Translations under genes and position numbers: made by a program | Notes under the pieces: generated by a model | The model's database searches: none | Seen by the model: only the letters and a program-made list of their open reading frames with translations | What the model was told of the DNA's origin: nothing | Assembly (NCBI GenBank): GCA_964601765.1 | Contig: CAZROR010000001.1 | Coordinates: 10,694-74,693, forward strand | Reading direction: 5' to 3' | DNA: 64,000 nucleotides | Source: an uncultured Zetaproteobacteria bacterium | Lineage (GTDB): Bacteria > Pseudomonadota > Zetaproteobacteria > Mariprofundales > Mariprofundaceae | Part shown: piece by piece, positions 10,260-20,771 of the stretch | How positions within the stretch are numbered: position 1 is the first letter of the stretch | How the letters are laid out: the number at the start of each line of letters is the position of its first letter

Positions 10260-11007
10260 CACCCTCCTCCACGATTGTGCCCACGGGCTCGCCAGCAACC
10301 ACACGCTGCAGATTGCCACGCCCCATGATGCTGAACACAATGATTTTCATGTTGTTGTCACGACACAATGCCAGTGCAGTGGCATCCATGACAGCAAGTT
10401 TACGCGTCAGCGCCTCTGTGAATGAAAGCCTTTCATAACGGACAGCACTTTCATCAAGCACAGGATCAGCTGTATACACACCATCCACCTTCGTGCCTTT
10501 CAATACTGCCTCTGCATGAATCTCCATGGCACGGAGGCTGGCTGCCGTATCCGTCGTAAAGTATGGATTACCGGTGCCAGCCGCAAAAATTACAATGCGG
10601 CCCTTTTCGAGATGCCGAACCGCGCGGCGACGGATATAAGGCTCGGCTACTTCACGCACATGTAACGCTGATATCACGCGCACGGGCTGACCCTGGCGTT
10701 CGATCGCATCCTGCAGCGCAATCGCATTCATCATCGTAGCCAGCATACCCATGTAATCAGCACTGGCCCGATCCATGCCTGCCGCCGTCCCGCTCATGCC
10801 GCGAAAAATATTTCCGCCACCAATCACAACAGCCAGCTCGATACCGCTTTTGCTGACCTCAACGAGCTCGGTCGCCAGTTGCTCAACCGTCCCGGCATGG
10901 ATGCCATAGTCATCCTCACCCATCAACACTTCCCCGGAAAGCTTCAGCAGCACCCGCCTGAAGGAAATGCGGCGGGCCTTGGCCGGAGATGCAGCAGGCT
11001 CAGCCAT
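10246..11007 (-). CDS. pyrH: UMP kinase
   Basis: Contains VLLKLSGE and [10 protein letters not shown]. Met at 11007 gives about 253 aa. The ORF-track start at 11130 lies inside tsf. Confidence 0.92.
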   Translation of the reverse strand: MAEPAASPAKARRISFRRVLLKLSGEVLMGEDDYGIHAGTVEQLATELVEVSKSGIELAVVIGGGNIFRGMSGTAAGMDRASADYMGMLATMMNAIALQDAIERQGQPVRVISALHVREVAEPYIRRRAVRHLEKGRIVIFAAGTGNPYFTTDTAASLRAMEIHAEAVLKGTKVDGVYTADPVLDESAVRYERLSFTEALTRKLAVMDATALALCRDNNMKIIVFSIMGRGNLQRVVAGEPVGTIVEEGDGDR

Positions 11008-11896
11008 GGATCTGAGCGGCAACCTCGGCGGCGAAATCCTCTTCCACCTTTTCGATTCCCTCTCCGAGCTGGAACCGGTGCATGGCGACAATACGCGCAC
11101 CGGCCTGAGCCCTCTCCAGTACCTTGCCAACCGTGTAATCCGTATCCATGACGAAGGCCTGCTCAGTCAGGCAAACTTCCTGATAAAACTTGTTCAGCTG
11201 ACCCTGGACGATTTTTTCAATGATATGCTCCGGCTTCCCACTGGCTGCCGCCCGCTCGCTGAGCACAGCCCGCTCCCGCTCTATCTTCTCAGCCGGCACA
11301 TCCTCCCGCACGATGTACTGGGGGTTGGCTGCAGCAACATGCATCGCAATATGTCTGGCAAGCTCGCGCATGGTGGCTGAATCCTCAGCTTCAATACCTA
11401 CAAGCACACCAATCTTGCCACCTCCATGCACATAGCTGGCGACAATGCCGCCTGGCACATGGACACGCACAAAACGGCGGATATTCATGTTTTCGCCCAC
11501 CGTGGCGATGAGCTGGGACAGCGCCTCGGCGATACTGTGCTCGCCATCATAAGGCAGTGCCTTCAAAGCCTCGAGATCGCTGGGATTTTCACGTGATGCG
11601 ACTTTAATCACATGCTGAACAAAATCTTGGAACCTTTCATTCTTGCTTGCGAAATCCGTTTCTGTATTCACCTCAATAAGGAGCCCTGTCTCCCCATCAG
11701 CAGAGGCAGCCACAACGCCTTCAGCTGCAACACGGCCAGCCTTCTTGGCCGCAGCGGAAAGCCCCTTCTTACGCAAAAAGTCGACAGCCGCATCGATGTC
11801 ACCACCAGTTTCTGTCAGTGCCTTTTTGCAGTCCATCATTCCCGCACCAGAAATCTCACGCAGTTTCTTTACATCACTTGCCTTGATCTGAGACAT
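11000..11896 (-). CDS. tsf: Translation elongation factor Ts
   Basis: N-terminal UBA-like [37 protein letters not shown]. It lies downstream of rpsB. Confidence 0.95.
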   Translation of the reverse strand: MSQIKASDVKKLREISGAGMMDCKKALTETGGDIDAAVDFLRKKGLSAAAKKAGRVAAEGVVAASADGETGLLIEVNTETDFASKNERFQDFVQHVIKVASRENPSDLEALKALPYDGEHSIAEALSQLIATVGENMNIRRFVRVHVPGGIVASYVHGGGKIGVLVGIEAEDSATMRELARHIAMHVAAANPQYIVREDVPAEKIERERAVLSERAAASGKPEHIIEKIVQGQLNKFYQEVCLTEQAFVMDTDYTVGKVLERAQAGARIVAMHRFQLGEGIEKVEEDFAAEVAAQIHG

Positions 11897-11938
11897 CCAA
11901 CCTCTTCCTTGTTCCTTTTATTTTGTATTGGTTTTGAG

Positions 11939-12748
11939 TCAGGCAGCCTCCGACTGCTCCGTTTCTCCAGGCCCCGTAGCTTCCTCCGCTTCGGGCTCAG
12001 CTACTGCTGATACCTCAGCCGCTACCACGGTCTCCCCTTCGTCCTCTTCGGCATTTTCAAGGCGCCAGGTTTCAAGCCCTTCAATCATGGCATCGGCCAT
12101 CTTGCTGCAAAACAGGCGCACGGCGCGAATGGCATCGTCATTGCCTGGAATAACATAATCGACATCGGAAGGATCACAGTTTGAGTCAACCACAGCGACG
12201 ACCGGGATACCAAGCTTGCGGGCCTCTGCAACCGCCAGTTCCTCCTTGCGGATATCAATCACAAACAGGCAGTCCGGCAGGCTGAGCATATCTTTGATGC
12301 CGCTCAGTGAGCGCTCAAGTTTTGCCAGCTTGTGTTCAAGCTGCATCGCCTCCTTCTTGGTAAGCAGGTCGAACACACCTTCCTCTTTCTGGCGCTGTAG
12401 GTCCTTCATCTTACGAACGGACTGCTGAATCGTAGAAAAGTTGGTCAAGGTCCCGCCAAGCCAGCGATGATTGATATAAAACTGGCCGGCACGACTTGCC
12501 TCCTCCCGAATGGCATCGCGTGCCTGCCGCTTGGTACCAACGAACAACACCCTCCCGCCAGCGGCCGCCAGCTCGCGCATAAACTCATAGGATTCATTGG
12601 CCATCTTCAGGGTTTTTTGCAAATCAATGATATGGATGCCGTTACGCTGGCCGAAAAGATAGGGCGCCATTTTTGGGTGCCAGCGTCGTGTCTGGTGCCC
12701 AAAGTGAACACCGGCCTCCAGCAGCTGTTTCATGGTAAACTGGGACAT
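11939..12748 (-). CDS. rpsB: 30S ribosomal protein S2, with an acidic C-terminal tail
   Basis: [22 protein letters not shown] and the rest of the S2 core. The RBS GGAGG lies about 10 nt upstream. Confidence 0.96.
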   Translation of the reverse strand: MSQFTMKQLLEAGVHFGHQTRRWHPKMAPYLFGQRNGIHIIDLQKTLKMANESYEFMRELAAAGGRVLFVGTKRQARDAIREEASRAGQFYINHRWLGGTLTNFSTIQQSVRKMKDLQRQKEEGVFDLLTKKEAMQLEHKLAKLERSLSGIKDMLSLPDCLFVIDIRKEELAVAEARKLGIPVVAVVDSNCDPSDVDYVIPGNDDAIRAVRLFCSKMADAMIEGLETWRLENAEEDEGETVVAAEVSAVAEPEAEEATGPGETEQSEAA

Positions 12749-12832
12749 ATCAGGAGTACCTCCGATCGTTTTTCCTCCGCCGCCCCTACCCTTGCAGGCA
12801 CAACCGATGGGCGGCGTGCGAATTGGCGGCGC

Positions 12833-12861
12833 TTTCTACAGAAAACACACGCCTATATCAA
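12833..12861 (-). promoter_or_regulatory. Candidate sigma70-type promoter for rpsB-tsf
   Basis: On the minus strand, TTGATA is followed by a 17-nt spacer and TAGAAA, about 85 nt upstream of the rpsB ATG. This is a pattern match only. Confidence 0.3.
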
Positions 12862-12877
12862 GCTGCGCGATGCCCGC

Positions 12878-13828
12878 TCAGGGCCTGATCAGTACGCCCT
12901 CTTGTGTCGGCAGACGGGGTGCCCAGCCACCTGATCGCCGTGATCCTGCGCCTGGGTGAATCAGCGCACCCTCCTCAGCACCTCCGGTAACAGGGAAATT
13001 CAGAATCAATCGCCTGAAATCGATGCTGTCAGCATGCCATCTCCTGGCAGGCAGTGACATCGCTTGCCTGCGCGTTATGGCTACCCGACTAGCTGCATCC
13101 GGGTGATCAGCAAAGAAGGAAGACAGCAGCCCGGACTGGCGTTTTTCAAGCCTGACGAGATTTTCAAGAAATACGCTCATAGCCAGAGGATTGTAGCCTG
13201 CCCGATACAAAAGCAGCACACCGCGCCGATCAGCATCTGCCTCGGCGGCTCGCGAATACCTGGTCAGCTGCCCCTGGGCAAGCAACCGGCCTGCGATCAG
13301 GGCGTAGTCTGCCCCCCGCCCCTGCCCGACAATGGCGCTGAGCACGCCCAGCCCAAGCTGATAACGCATGGCCCGCTCGATCTTGGCCTTGTGGTGAAAG
13401 CCATCCACGTGACCGATCTCATGGGCAATAACACTGGCCAGTTCCGCCTCGGTACGGGCAAGCTCCAAGACCTTGGAGTGCACATAGACAAAGCCACCCG
13501 GCAGGGCAAATGCATTGATATGTGGATCATCAATGACCCGGAAACGCCATGGTAGATGCGGCCTGGCGCTGACGCGTGCAAGTGCAAGACCCAGTCGTGA
13601 AATGTAAGCCTGGATGCGCACATCCTTCAGCATCGGTGCCTTCTGTTCGACCTGGGCTGCTGCCTGGCGGCCAATGGCTATTTCATCACGCTCAGTAACA
13701 GTAAACAGGCCGGCATACGCCGGCCAGACAAAACAGGTCATCAGCACCAACCCGACCAGGGCGTACAATACGCGCTTCCCCCCCGGAACATGGGCCTGGA
13801 AGTACTGCTGAAACAAGTCACATCTCAT
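12878..13828 (-). CDS. M48-family zinc metallopeptidase
   Basis: Contains AHEIGHVDGFHH (HExxH) and an N-terminal hydrophobic segment VLYALVGLVLMTCFVWPAYA. Met at 13828 was confirmed in the sequence. The ORF-track start at 14212 would run through the upstream M50 gene. Confidence 0.8.
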   Translation of the reverse strand: MRCDLFQQYFQAHVPGGKRVLYALVGLVLMTCFVWPAYAGLFTVTERDEIAIGRQAAAQVEQKAPMLKDVRIQAYISRLGLALARVSARPHLPWRFRVIDDPHINAFALPGGFVYVHSKVLELARTEAELASVIAHEIGHVDGFHHKAKIERAMRYQLGLGVLSAIVGQGRGADYALIAGRLLAQGQLTRYSRAAEADADRRGVLLLYRAGYNPLAMSVFLENLVRLEKRQSGLLSSFFADHPDAASRVAITRRQAMSLPARRWHADSIDFRRLILNFPVTGGAEEGALIHPGAGSRRSGGWAPRLPTQEGVLIRP

Positions 13829-13873
13829 GGAGGTGTCTACCCCTGGATACCTGTTCCCATGAAAAGTCCGGGC

Positions 13874-13938
13874 TAGGGCCTGTTCACACTGCGGCCGGCA
13901 ATGGCGACATTCGTCGGACGTAGCGTGAACAGGCCCTA
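13874..13938. repeat. Perfect 14-bp inverted repeat (TAGGGCCTGTTCAC / GTGAACAGGCCCTA) with a 37-nt spacer
   Basis: Read directly from the sequence. The arms are 13874-13887 and 13925-13938. The right arm contains the TAG stop of the M50 gene. Confidence 0.75.
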
Positions 13939-14595
13939 ACTTCCGAGTGCCCAGCCTATCAACGCTCGTGCACTGCCCATCACAGGCGGACCGATCAATG
14001 CCTGCAACCAACCGAGGGCAAGCAGAGCAACAATGATCAGAAATCCGTAAGGTTCCAGGCGGGAAAGCTGATACGAGGCCGGCCCCGGCAATAGCCCCAC
14101 GGCTACCCTCCCCCCGTCCAGTGGTGGCAGTGGCAGCAGGTTGAAAATACACAACACCAGGTTGATGATAATCGATGCCTGCGACATGAGGCCAATGGGA
14201 CCGCTTATCCACCCCAGCTCCGGCGGCAGCTTGGCCACCACAAACAGGATGGCGGCTGATACAAGGGCCAGCAGCACGTTGGTCACGGGACCTGCGAGCG
14301 CCACCCAGACCATATCCCGCTTGGGGTGCCGCAGTTTACGGAAGTTGATCGGTACCGGCTTCGCATAGCCGAACAGAAATGGGGAGCCGACAACCAGCAA
14401 CAACAGCGGAATCGCAATGGTACCGATCGGATCAATATGATTGATCGGATTAAGTGTTAATCGTCCCATCCAGCGGGCTGTGTCATCGCCCAGTTTGTCA
14501 GCCACCCAGCCATGTGCCACCTCATGCAGAATGACGGCAACGAGCACAGGCAGCGCCCAGACGCTGATGCCGCGTATAATTGAAGCCATATCCAC
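13936..14595 (-). CDS. Site-2 protease family (M50) membrane metalloprotease
   Basis: 219 aa, polytopic, with ILHEVAHGW (HExxH) and LLPLPPLDGG. Confidence 0.8.
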   Translation of the reverse strand: MDMASIIRGISVWALPVLVAVILHEVAHGWVADKLGDDTARWMGRLTLNPINHIDPIGTIAIPLLLLVVGSPFLFGYAKPVPINFRKLRHPKRDMVWVALAGPVTNVLLALVSAAILFVVAKLPPELGWISGPIGLMSQASIIINLVLCIFNLLPLPPLDGGRVAVGLLPGPASYQLSRLEPYGFLIIVALLALGWLQALIGPPVMGSARALIGWALGS

Positions 14596-14692
14596 GTGAC
14601 AATATTAATCGGCTTGATGGATAATTGATATGGGCCGCACGCAGGCCACCGAATACCTCTGACAGTGACCACGCTCGCTCATCAATATGCCT

Positions 14693-16537
14693 TTACCTTA
14701 GCTGTTCAAGGTCACGGACTGCGCCCTTGTCCGCACTGGTAGCCATTGCAGCATAGGCCTGCAATGCCTTGGAAACCATGCGGTCGCGTGAGGCCGGCCT
14801 CCAGGCATCCACACCCTTTGCCTGCATCTCCTTTCTTCGCTTATCCAGTACTTGAGCTGTAACTGACAAGTTAATGGTTCGATTGGGAATATCGATCTCA
14901 ATCATATCCCCATCCTCGATCAGGCCGATGGCACCACCTTCGGCTGCCTCGGGCGAAACGTGGCCGATGGATAGCCCCGATGTGCCGCCCGAAAAGCGGC
15001 CATCCGTAATCAGGGCACATGCCTTGCCCAGCCCTTTCGACTTCAGATACGAGGTCGGATACAGCATTTCCTGCATGCCCGGCCCACCCTTGGGTCCCTC
15101 GTAGCGGATCACCACCACGTCGCCGGCCACGATTCTATCGTTCAGGATGGCACTGACGGCATCCTCCTGCGACTCAAACACGCGCGCACGGCCCTTGAAC
15201 GTCCAGATGGATGCATCCACACCGGCGGTTTTAACGATGCATCCGCGTTCCGCGATGTTGCCGTAGAGCACGGCAAGCCCGCCCTCCTTCGAATAGGCGT
15301 GTGCAACATCGCGAACACAACCAGTCTCACGATCCGTATCCAGCGACTTCCACTGTTCACGCTGTGAAAAGGCCTGCAGCGAAGGAACACCAGCCGGTGC
15401 GGCAAGAAACAGTTCACGTGCCGCCTCGTTGGCGGGATTCATGATATCCCATGTCTTCAGCGCCTCACCCAGGCTTGGCGCATGTACGCAACCGGCATTG
15501 GCATACAGCAGACCACCGCGGTGGAGCTCGGCCAGAATGCCCATAATGCCGCCGGCACGATGCACATCCTCAAGGTGATAATCAGAGGACGGCGACACCT
15601 TGCAGATATTCGGTATCTTGCGGCTCATCCGATCGATATCGGCCATGGTGAAATCCACATCGGCCTCCTGGGCAATCGCAAGCAGATGCAGTACGGTGTT
15701 CGTGGAACCGCCCATGGCGATATCCAGTGCAATGGCATTCTCAAAGGCCTCAAACGTGGCAATCGATCGTGGCAATACGGAGGCATCATCCTGCTCGTAG
15801 TATCGTCTTGCCAGCTCCACCGACAGGCGTCCGGCCTGCAAAAATAGCGCCTTGCGGCGTGCATGCGTGGCTACCAGCGTGCCATTACCCGGCAGGCTCA
15901 TGCCGAGTGCCTCACTCAGGCAGTTCATGGAATTGGCCGTAAACATGCCTGAGCAAGAGCCACAGGTTGGGCATGCGGAACGCTCCACCGCCATAACGTC
16001 CGCATCCGTTTCAGCGGAATCCGCCGCCATCACCATCGCATCCACGAGATCCAGATGCAGATCGCGGTTTTTCAGCGTCACCCTGCCGGCCTCCATCGGC
16101 CCACCAGACACGAAGATAGCCGGGATATTCAGCCGCATGGCTGCCATCAGCATGCCTGGCGTAATCTTGTCGCAATTCGAGATACAAACGAGCGCATCCG
16201 CGCAGTGCGCATTCACCATGTACTCCACGGAATCGGCAATCAGATCACGGCTGGGCAGGCTGTAGAGCATGCCGCCATGGCCCATGGCAATGCCGTCATC
16301 AATTGCAATGGTGTCGAATTCCTTGGCCACACCGCCAGCAGCCTCGATTTCACGTGCGACAAGCTGGCCCATATCCTTCAGGTGCACATGCCCTGGTACG
16401 AACTGTGTAAAGGAATTGGCGATGGCAATAATAGGCTTGTCAAAATCCTCATCCTGCATGCCGGTGGCACGCCACAGGGCACGGGCACCTGCCATATTCC
16501 GGCCGTGTGTTGTGGTTTGGGATCGGTATGCAGGCAT
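14693..16537 (-). CDS. ilvD: Dihydroxy-acid dehydratase
   Basis: 614 aa with the IlvD N-terminus [26 protein letters not shown], plus [12 protein letters not shown] and GRFSGGTSG. Confidence 0.96.
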   Translation of the reverse strand: MPAYRSQTTTHGRNMAGARALWRATGMQDEDFDKPIIAIANSFTQFVPGHVHLKDMGQLVAREIEAAGGVAKEFDTIAIDDGIAMGHGGMLYSLPSRDLIADSVEYMVNAHCADALVCISNCDKITPGMLMAAMRLNIPAIFVSGGPMEAGRVTLKNRDLHLDLVDAMVMAADSAETDADVMAVERSACPTCGSCSGMFTANSMNCLSEALGMSLPGNGTLVATHARRKALFLQAGRLSVELARRYYEQDDASVLPRSIATFEAFENAIALDIAMGGSTNTVLHLLAIAQEADVDFTMADIDRMSRKIPNICKVSPSSDYHLEDVHRAGGIMGILAELHRGGLLYANAGCVHAPSLGEALKTWDIMNPANEAARELFLAAPAGVPSLQAFSQREQWKSLDTDRETGCVRDVAHAYSKEGGLAVLYGNIAERGCIVKTAGVDASIWTFKGRARVFESQEDAVSAILNDRIVAGDVVVIRYEGPKGGPGMQEMLYPTSYLKSKGLGKACALITDGRFSGGTSGLSIGHVSPEAAEGGAIGLIEDGDMIEIDIPNRTINLSVTAQVLDKRRKEMQAKGVDAWRPASRDRMVSKALQAYAAMATSADKGAVRDLEQLR

Positions 16538-16646
16538 GTTGATAGCACCTCTCAGCTGTGTGAAGTACCGTGCAGTGTAACGGCTTCACGAATCCCAGGC
16601 GAGAAATGATGGTTGTTGAGGGCGGCACAGGCGCTACACTGCGCGC

Positions 16647-17735
16647 ATGAATACACAGGCACTGCTTCAGTCGCTTTACGAGACCCCCGAACAGGACATC
16701 GTGCAGCGTATCGGAGTGCTACGCGAGCGGTTGGGCGACCAGGTACTGATTCTTGGCCATCATTACCAGCGGGAAGAAGTGATTGGTTTCGCGGACATTA
16801 CAGGTGATTCGCTGAAACTCGCCCAGCAGGCGGCCGAGACCCGCGCTCCTTACATCATTTTCTGCGGTGTGCACTTCATGGCCGAAACTGCGGATATTCT
16901 GACTGCTGATGAGCAGGTCGTGATTCTGCCTGATCCTGCGGCCGGGTGCTCCATGGCCGACATGGCCGACCTCCCGCAGGTTTCACAGGCCTGGCGGGAA
17001 CTGGCCGAGTTTATTGACGTGGAGACAGAGGTCACACCTGTCACCTACATCAACTCCACAGCAGCCTTGAAGGCCTTCTGTGGTCAGCATGGCGGCATTG
17101 TTTGCACCTCGTCCAACTGTGCACATATTTTGGAATGGGCCTGGGAACAACGCCACCGTATCCTCTTTTTCCCGGACCAGCATCTCGGTGAAAACACGGC
17201 CCATGCCATGGGGATTCCCGAGTCCGACATGATTGTCTGGGATCCGTTTCAGCCTTACGGTGGCCACAAGCCGGAAGCCATCCACGCTGCCCGACTCATC
17301 CTGTGGAAAGGTTTCTGCTCCGTGCACCAATTGTTCCAGGCGGAGCATATTAAACGTATGCGTGCCACGCACCCTGACATCCAGGTTCTCGCTCATCCCG
17401 AGTGCTCGCGGGCGGTTTGCGAAAAAGCCGACTTTGTGGGCTCGACCGAGGCAATCATCCGTCATGTTGAGGCTGCCCCTGCCGGACAGGCTTTTGCCAT
17501 CGGCACGGAGCTCAACCTCGTCAACCGCCTGCGCCTGCGTTTCCCGAATAAGCCTATCTATTTTCTTTCGCCGACAGTCTGCATGTGTTCCACGATGTTC
17601 CGTACGGATCCGCAGCACTTGTATGCCTCGCTCAAGGCTATCGAGGATCATACCAGGGTGAACCGAATCAAGGTGCCGGATGAGGATAAACATCATGCCA
17701 AACTTGCACTTGAAAGGATGCTCTCCCTTGCGTAG
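16647..17735 (+). CDS. nadA: Quinolinate synthase NadA
   Basis: 362 aa with ILGHHYQ, FCGVHFMAETADIL and conserved Cys positions of NadA. Confidence 0.92.
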   Translation: MNTQALLQSLYETPEQDIVQRIGVLRERLGDQVLILGHHYQREEVIGFADITGDSLKLAQQAAETRAPYIIFCGVHFMAETADILTADEQVVILPDPAAGCSMADMADLPQVSQAWRELAEFIDVETEVTPVTYINSTAALKAFCGQHGGIVCTSSNCAHILEWAWEQRHRILFFPDQHLGENTAHAMGIPESDMIVWDPFQPYGGHKPEAIHAARLILWKGFCSVHQLFQAEHIKRMRATHPDIQVLAHPECSRAVCEKADFVGSTEAIIRHVEAAPAGQAFAIGTELNLVNRLRLRFPNKPIYFLSPTVCMCSTMFRTDPQHLYASLKAIEDHTRVNRIKVPDEDKHHAKLALERMLSLA

Positions 17736-19218
17736 GAGCATTCTGATTTGCCTGATTACCCTTTGCAGCCTGGCCACCCCCGTGCTGGCTGATGACTCCG
17801 TTACCGCAGTGGAACGGGACATCAACGCCTTCTTGCAAAGCGAAGATCATGCGTACGCACCGGAAACCGCGGCCCGGGCCCAAGCCTATCTTGGCGCAGC
17901 CATGCTGCCGGAGGTCCAGCACAAGCCGGAGGAAATTCAGGCCCGGCTGACTGCTGCGCGCACAGCGCTGGATGAGGCAAAAAGGCTTGCAAAAGACTTC
18001 CGCAGCAAACACGCCGCACTCATCCAGGCCCGGCTGGCTGCGAAAAAAGCCGTGGGGGACTCCCCCTCTCCTGCCTTGATGGAGGCAGAAAAGCTGTTTA
18101 CAGCTGGCATTCATTACATGGAGTCAGGAGATCTCAATCAGAGCAATATCTACCTCGACAAGGCCCGGAAGGCCTATGTGCAAATTACATCAGCACAGCT
18201 GATACCGCCTGTTCGTGACTATGCGGCCCTGCTGGAACAAACAAGGAGAACCCTCTCTCGCGCTGCTGCCGCAGGCGCAAAATCCTATGCCCCCCGGACG
18301 TACCAGGCTGCAAAGGAAGCGATGCACAAACTACGAGCCTTTGTTGACAGGCAGACGAACAAGGCCCCCGACGACCCACGGCGGGCACTGCAACTGGCAG
18401 AAAAGGCCCGTAGGATTGCCATGCGCGTCAAGGAATGGCGGCGTAAATCCGGTAGCCATGAACAGCTGCTGCTTTCGGCCAGAAGCGATCGCCTGCGGCT
18501 GGCACAAGCGCTGGGCATCTCCGTGAATGCAAGCGACCTACTTGCTGATGTTGACATAGATACCTTGGTCAAGGCGCTTGCTCGAAACAGGGCGGCACTT
18601 GAGGCAGAAAAGAAGGCGCATGCAGCGGATATCGCCAGGCTCAAAAAGAAACAGGAAGCACAGCTCGCCCATCAGAAACAAATGCTGGAGGCAGAGTTCG
18701 CCAAGCAGCGCCAGAAACTCATGGAAGACCAGGCAAGACTTGTCCACGATCTCAAGGAGTCGTTCCGGGCCAAGCTGGAACGGGAAACATTTGAAAGCAA
18801 GCGGCAGCAACGTTTACGCAAGCTCTTCCACAAGGATGAAGTAGATATCATGGCTAATGTCGATGGCTCACTGATGATCCGTCTGAAAGCACTGAAGTTC
18901 CCACCCGGAGGAAAAACGGTAACGAGTAAATATTTCGACCTGCTTGGAAGGCTGAAATCCGCACTCGATCTTTATGCGGATCGTAAAGTCAGTATTGAGG
19001 GGCATACAGATGACAGGGGAGACCTGCAGAAAAACAAGATACTGTCCCTGCGGAGAGCTGAAGCAGTCCGTGACTTTCTTATTTCAGCTGGTATCCATGC
19101 TGCGCGGCTGACAGCGGTGGGCCATGGTGAAGTACGCCCAATCGCCAGCAACAAGTTTGAAAAAGGGCGGGAGATGAACAGACGCATCGAGGTAATCATT
19201 GCACCACCAAACGCCTGA
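17680..19218 (+). CDS. OmpA-family protein with a long helical or coiled-coil N-terminal region
   Basis: Signal-like ILICLITLCSLATPVLAD. The C-terminal OmpA_C domain reads SIEGHTDDRGDLQKNKILSLRRAEAVRDFL...NRRIEVII. The start is ambiguous (17680 or 17695), and both options overlap the nadA 3' end. Confidence 0.8.
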   Translation: MRINIMPNLHLKGCSPLRRSILICLITLCSLATPVLADDSVTAVERDINAFLQSEDHAYAPETAARAQAYLGAAMLPEVQHKPEEIQARLTAARTALDEAKRLAKDFRSKHAALIQARLAAKKAVGDSPSPALMEAEKLFTAGIHYMESGDLNQSNIYLDKARKAYVQITSAQLIPPVRDYAALLEQTRRTLSRAAAAGAKSYAPRTYQAAKEAMHKLRAFVDRQTNKAPDDPRRALQLAEKARRIAMRVKEWRRKSGSHEQLLLSARSDRLRLAQALGISVNASDLLADVDIDTLVKALARNRAALEAEKKAHAADIARLKKKQEAQLAHQKQMLEAEFAKQRQKLMEDQARLVHDLKESFRAKLERETFESKRQQRLRKLFHKDEVDIMANVDGSLMIRLKALKFPPGGKTVTSKYFDLLGRLKSALDLYADRKVSIEGHTDDRGDLQKNKILSLRRAEAVRDFLISAGIHAARLTAVGHGEVRPIASNKFEKGREMNRRIEVIIAPPNA

Positions 19219-20254
19219 TGGTGATCTCAGCACACCGGAAAGCACTCGCCGGCATGTCCAGCATCTGCTGGATATTCTGGCTGAAAACAACCCGTACAAG
19301 AAAGCTATTGTCGAGGAAACGCTGCGCCTTCTCGCAGCAGACAACGCTGTAGCGGACTTAAAGCTCGTAGCACGTACGATTCACGAGATTGGCAAGGGGC
19401 TTGAAGTATTCCGTCCCTACCAAGGCATACGCAAGGTTGCTGTTTTCGGCTCCGCCCGCACCCCTGAGGGTCACCCCCGTTACCGGCAGGTTGTCGCCTG
19501 CGCCCAGCATCTTGCCGAGGATGGGTTCATGGTCATTACGGGCGGCGGGGGCGGCATCATGCAGGCAGCCAATGAAGGGGCCGGAAGCGAACGCTCTTTT
19601 GGTATCAACATTAACCTTCCCCTGGAGCAACACCCGAACAGGTTTGTCGACGGTTCACCACGGCACTTCTACTGCAAGTACTTTTTCACACGCAAGCTGT
19701 TTTTCCTCAAGGAAAGTGACGGCATTATTCTTTCACCAGGAGGCTTTGGCACCCTGGATGAAACATTTGAAACGTTGACGCTTCTGCAGACCGGCCGTAA
19801 CCCCCCTATTCCGGTCATCCTGCTGGAGGCTCCCGGTGATGATTACTGGGGACCTTTCATACGCTCCTGGTTACGCCGTCTGATTGCTGATCGCGTGATT
19901 AGCCCGGACGACCGACACCTGCTCTTTCATACTGATCAAATCGAAGCAGCCGTCAGCCATATCAAAAGCTTCTACATCAATTACCACAGCTTTCGCTATG
20001 CGGGCGAGCAGGTTGTTTTGCGGCTTCAGAGACCGCTGTCGGAAGATGCGCTGAAACGATTAAATGCGGAATTCAGTGATGTACTTCAGCGTGGCGCCAT
20101 TGAGCAGGTATATCAGTGGCCCAGAAATGATGATGCCGAGTTCAGCCACTTGCCACGGCTGCGCATGTGTCTGGATCATCGGCGGATCAACGTGCTGCCC
20201 CAGATCATTCGTCGCCTCAATGCCATGAGTGACCCGGCCGGCTCCACCAGCTAG
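19199..20254 (+). CDS. LOG / TIGR00730-type Rossmann-fold nucleotide-binding protein with an extra C-terminal region
   Basis: Contains VAVFGSAR, ITGGGGGIMQAANEGA and PGGFGTLDE. Confidence 0.75.
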   Translation: MHHQTPDGDLSTPESTRRHVQHLLDILAENNPYKKAIVEETLRLLAADNAVADLKLVARTIHEIGKGLEVFRPYQGIRKVAVFGSARTPEGHPRYRQVVACAQHLAEDGFMVITGGGGGIMQAANEGAGSERSFGININLPLEQHPNRFVDGSPRHFYCKYFFTRKLFFLKESDGIILSPGGFGTLDETFETLTLLQTGRNPPIPVILLEAPGDDYWGPFIRSWLRRLIADRVISPDDRHLLFHTDQIEAAVSHIKSFYINYHSFRYAGEQVVLRLQRPLSEDALKRLNAEFSDVLQRGAIEQVYQWPRNDDAEFSHLPRLRMCLDHRRINVLPQIIRRLNAMSDPAGSTS

Positions 20255-20667
20255 ACCGCCCGCTTTCTCCGCCGGAGCGCATGGTACAGCCCGCACACCT
20301 CGCGTAGAAGGTCTCTGGATTCCTCAGGTGTAAGGCCGGCGGAGGCCTCAATATGCAGCTCAATCCCATGATCGACCACGAGGTGGGTCCAGGTTTCAAT
20401 ATTACCAACCCGACTGATACCAAGCGCCGTTGTTGCTCCCATACCTGACCTGACATCACTTGGCCGATCCACCGGCAGGCCCGCCTGGTTCCGCTTGTGG
20501 ATCGCCAACAGCTGTTCGACATGTTTCTGGGTATAGTACGTGTTGCGCCCACTGCCATAGGGCTGGTCAACAAGCCCCTGCTGGATGTAGGCACGAATTT
20601 GTCGTTTGTTCAGTTCGTACAGGGAGCAGAGCTCATCAAGCGTAAACTGTCGATCGAAATCAAACAT
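20251..20667 (-). CDS. MerR-like helix-turn-helix protein with an uncharacterised C-terminal half
   Basis: 138 aa. FTLDELCSLYELNKRQIRAYIQQGLVDQPYGSGRNTYYTQKHVEQLLAI fits the MerR-type HTH pattern. The C-terminal part has no motif I recognise. Confidence 0.55.
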   Translation of the reverse strand: MFDFDRQFTLDELCSLYELNKRQIRAYIQQGLVDQPYGSGRNTYYTQKHVEQLLAIHKRNQAGLPVDRPSDVRSGMGATTALGISRVGNIETWTHLVVDHGIELHIEASAGLTPEESRDLLREVCGLYHALRRRKRAV

Positions 20668-20771
20668 GGGGAATACATGCCATGTTCACCCTGATTGTCA
20701 AGCGATTCATCTCTCGTGCCAGCAAGATCATGATAACCGGCAGCCATTTATTGGAGAGTGCGGGTCAATCG

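Noticed and set aside
12878-14212. Several ORF-track entries have long N-terminal extensions: the M48 peptidase to 14212, nlpD to 35187, ndk to 44237, mnmA to 45962, tatD to 46995, clpS from 47357, rlmN from 59795, pyrH to 11130 and frr to 10340.
   Set aside because: The extensions overlap the neighbouring gene and contain no family-typical sequence. An internal Met or GTG reproduces the canonical N-terminus and normal protein length in each case.
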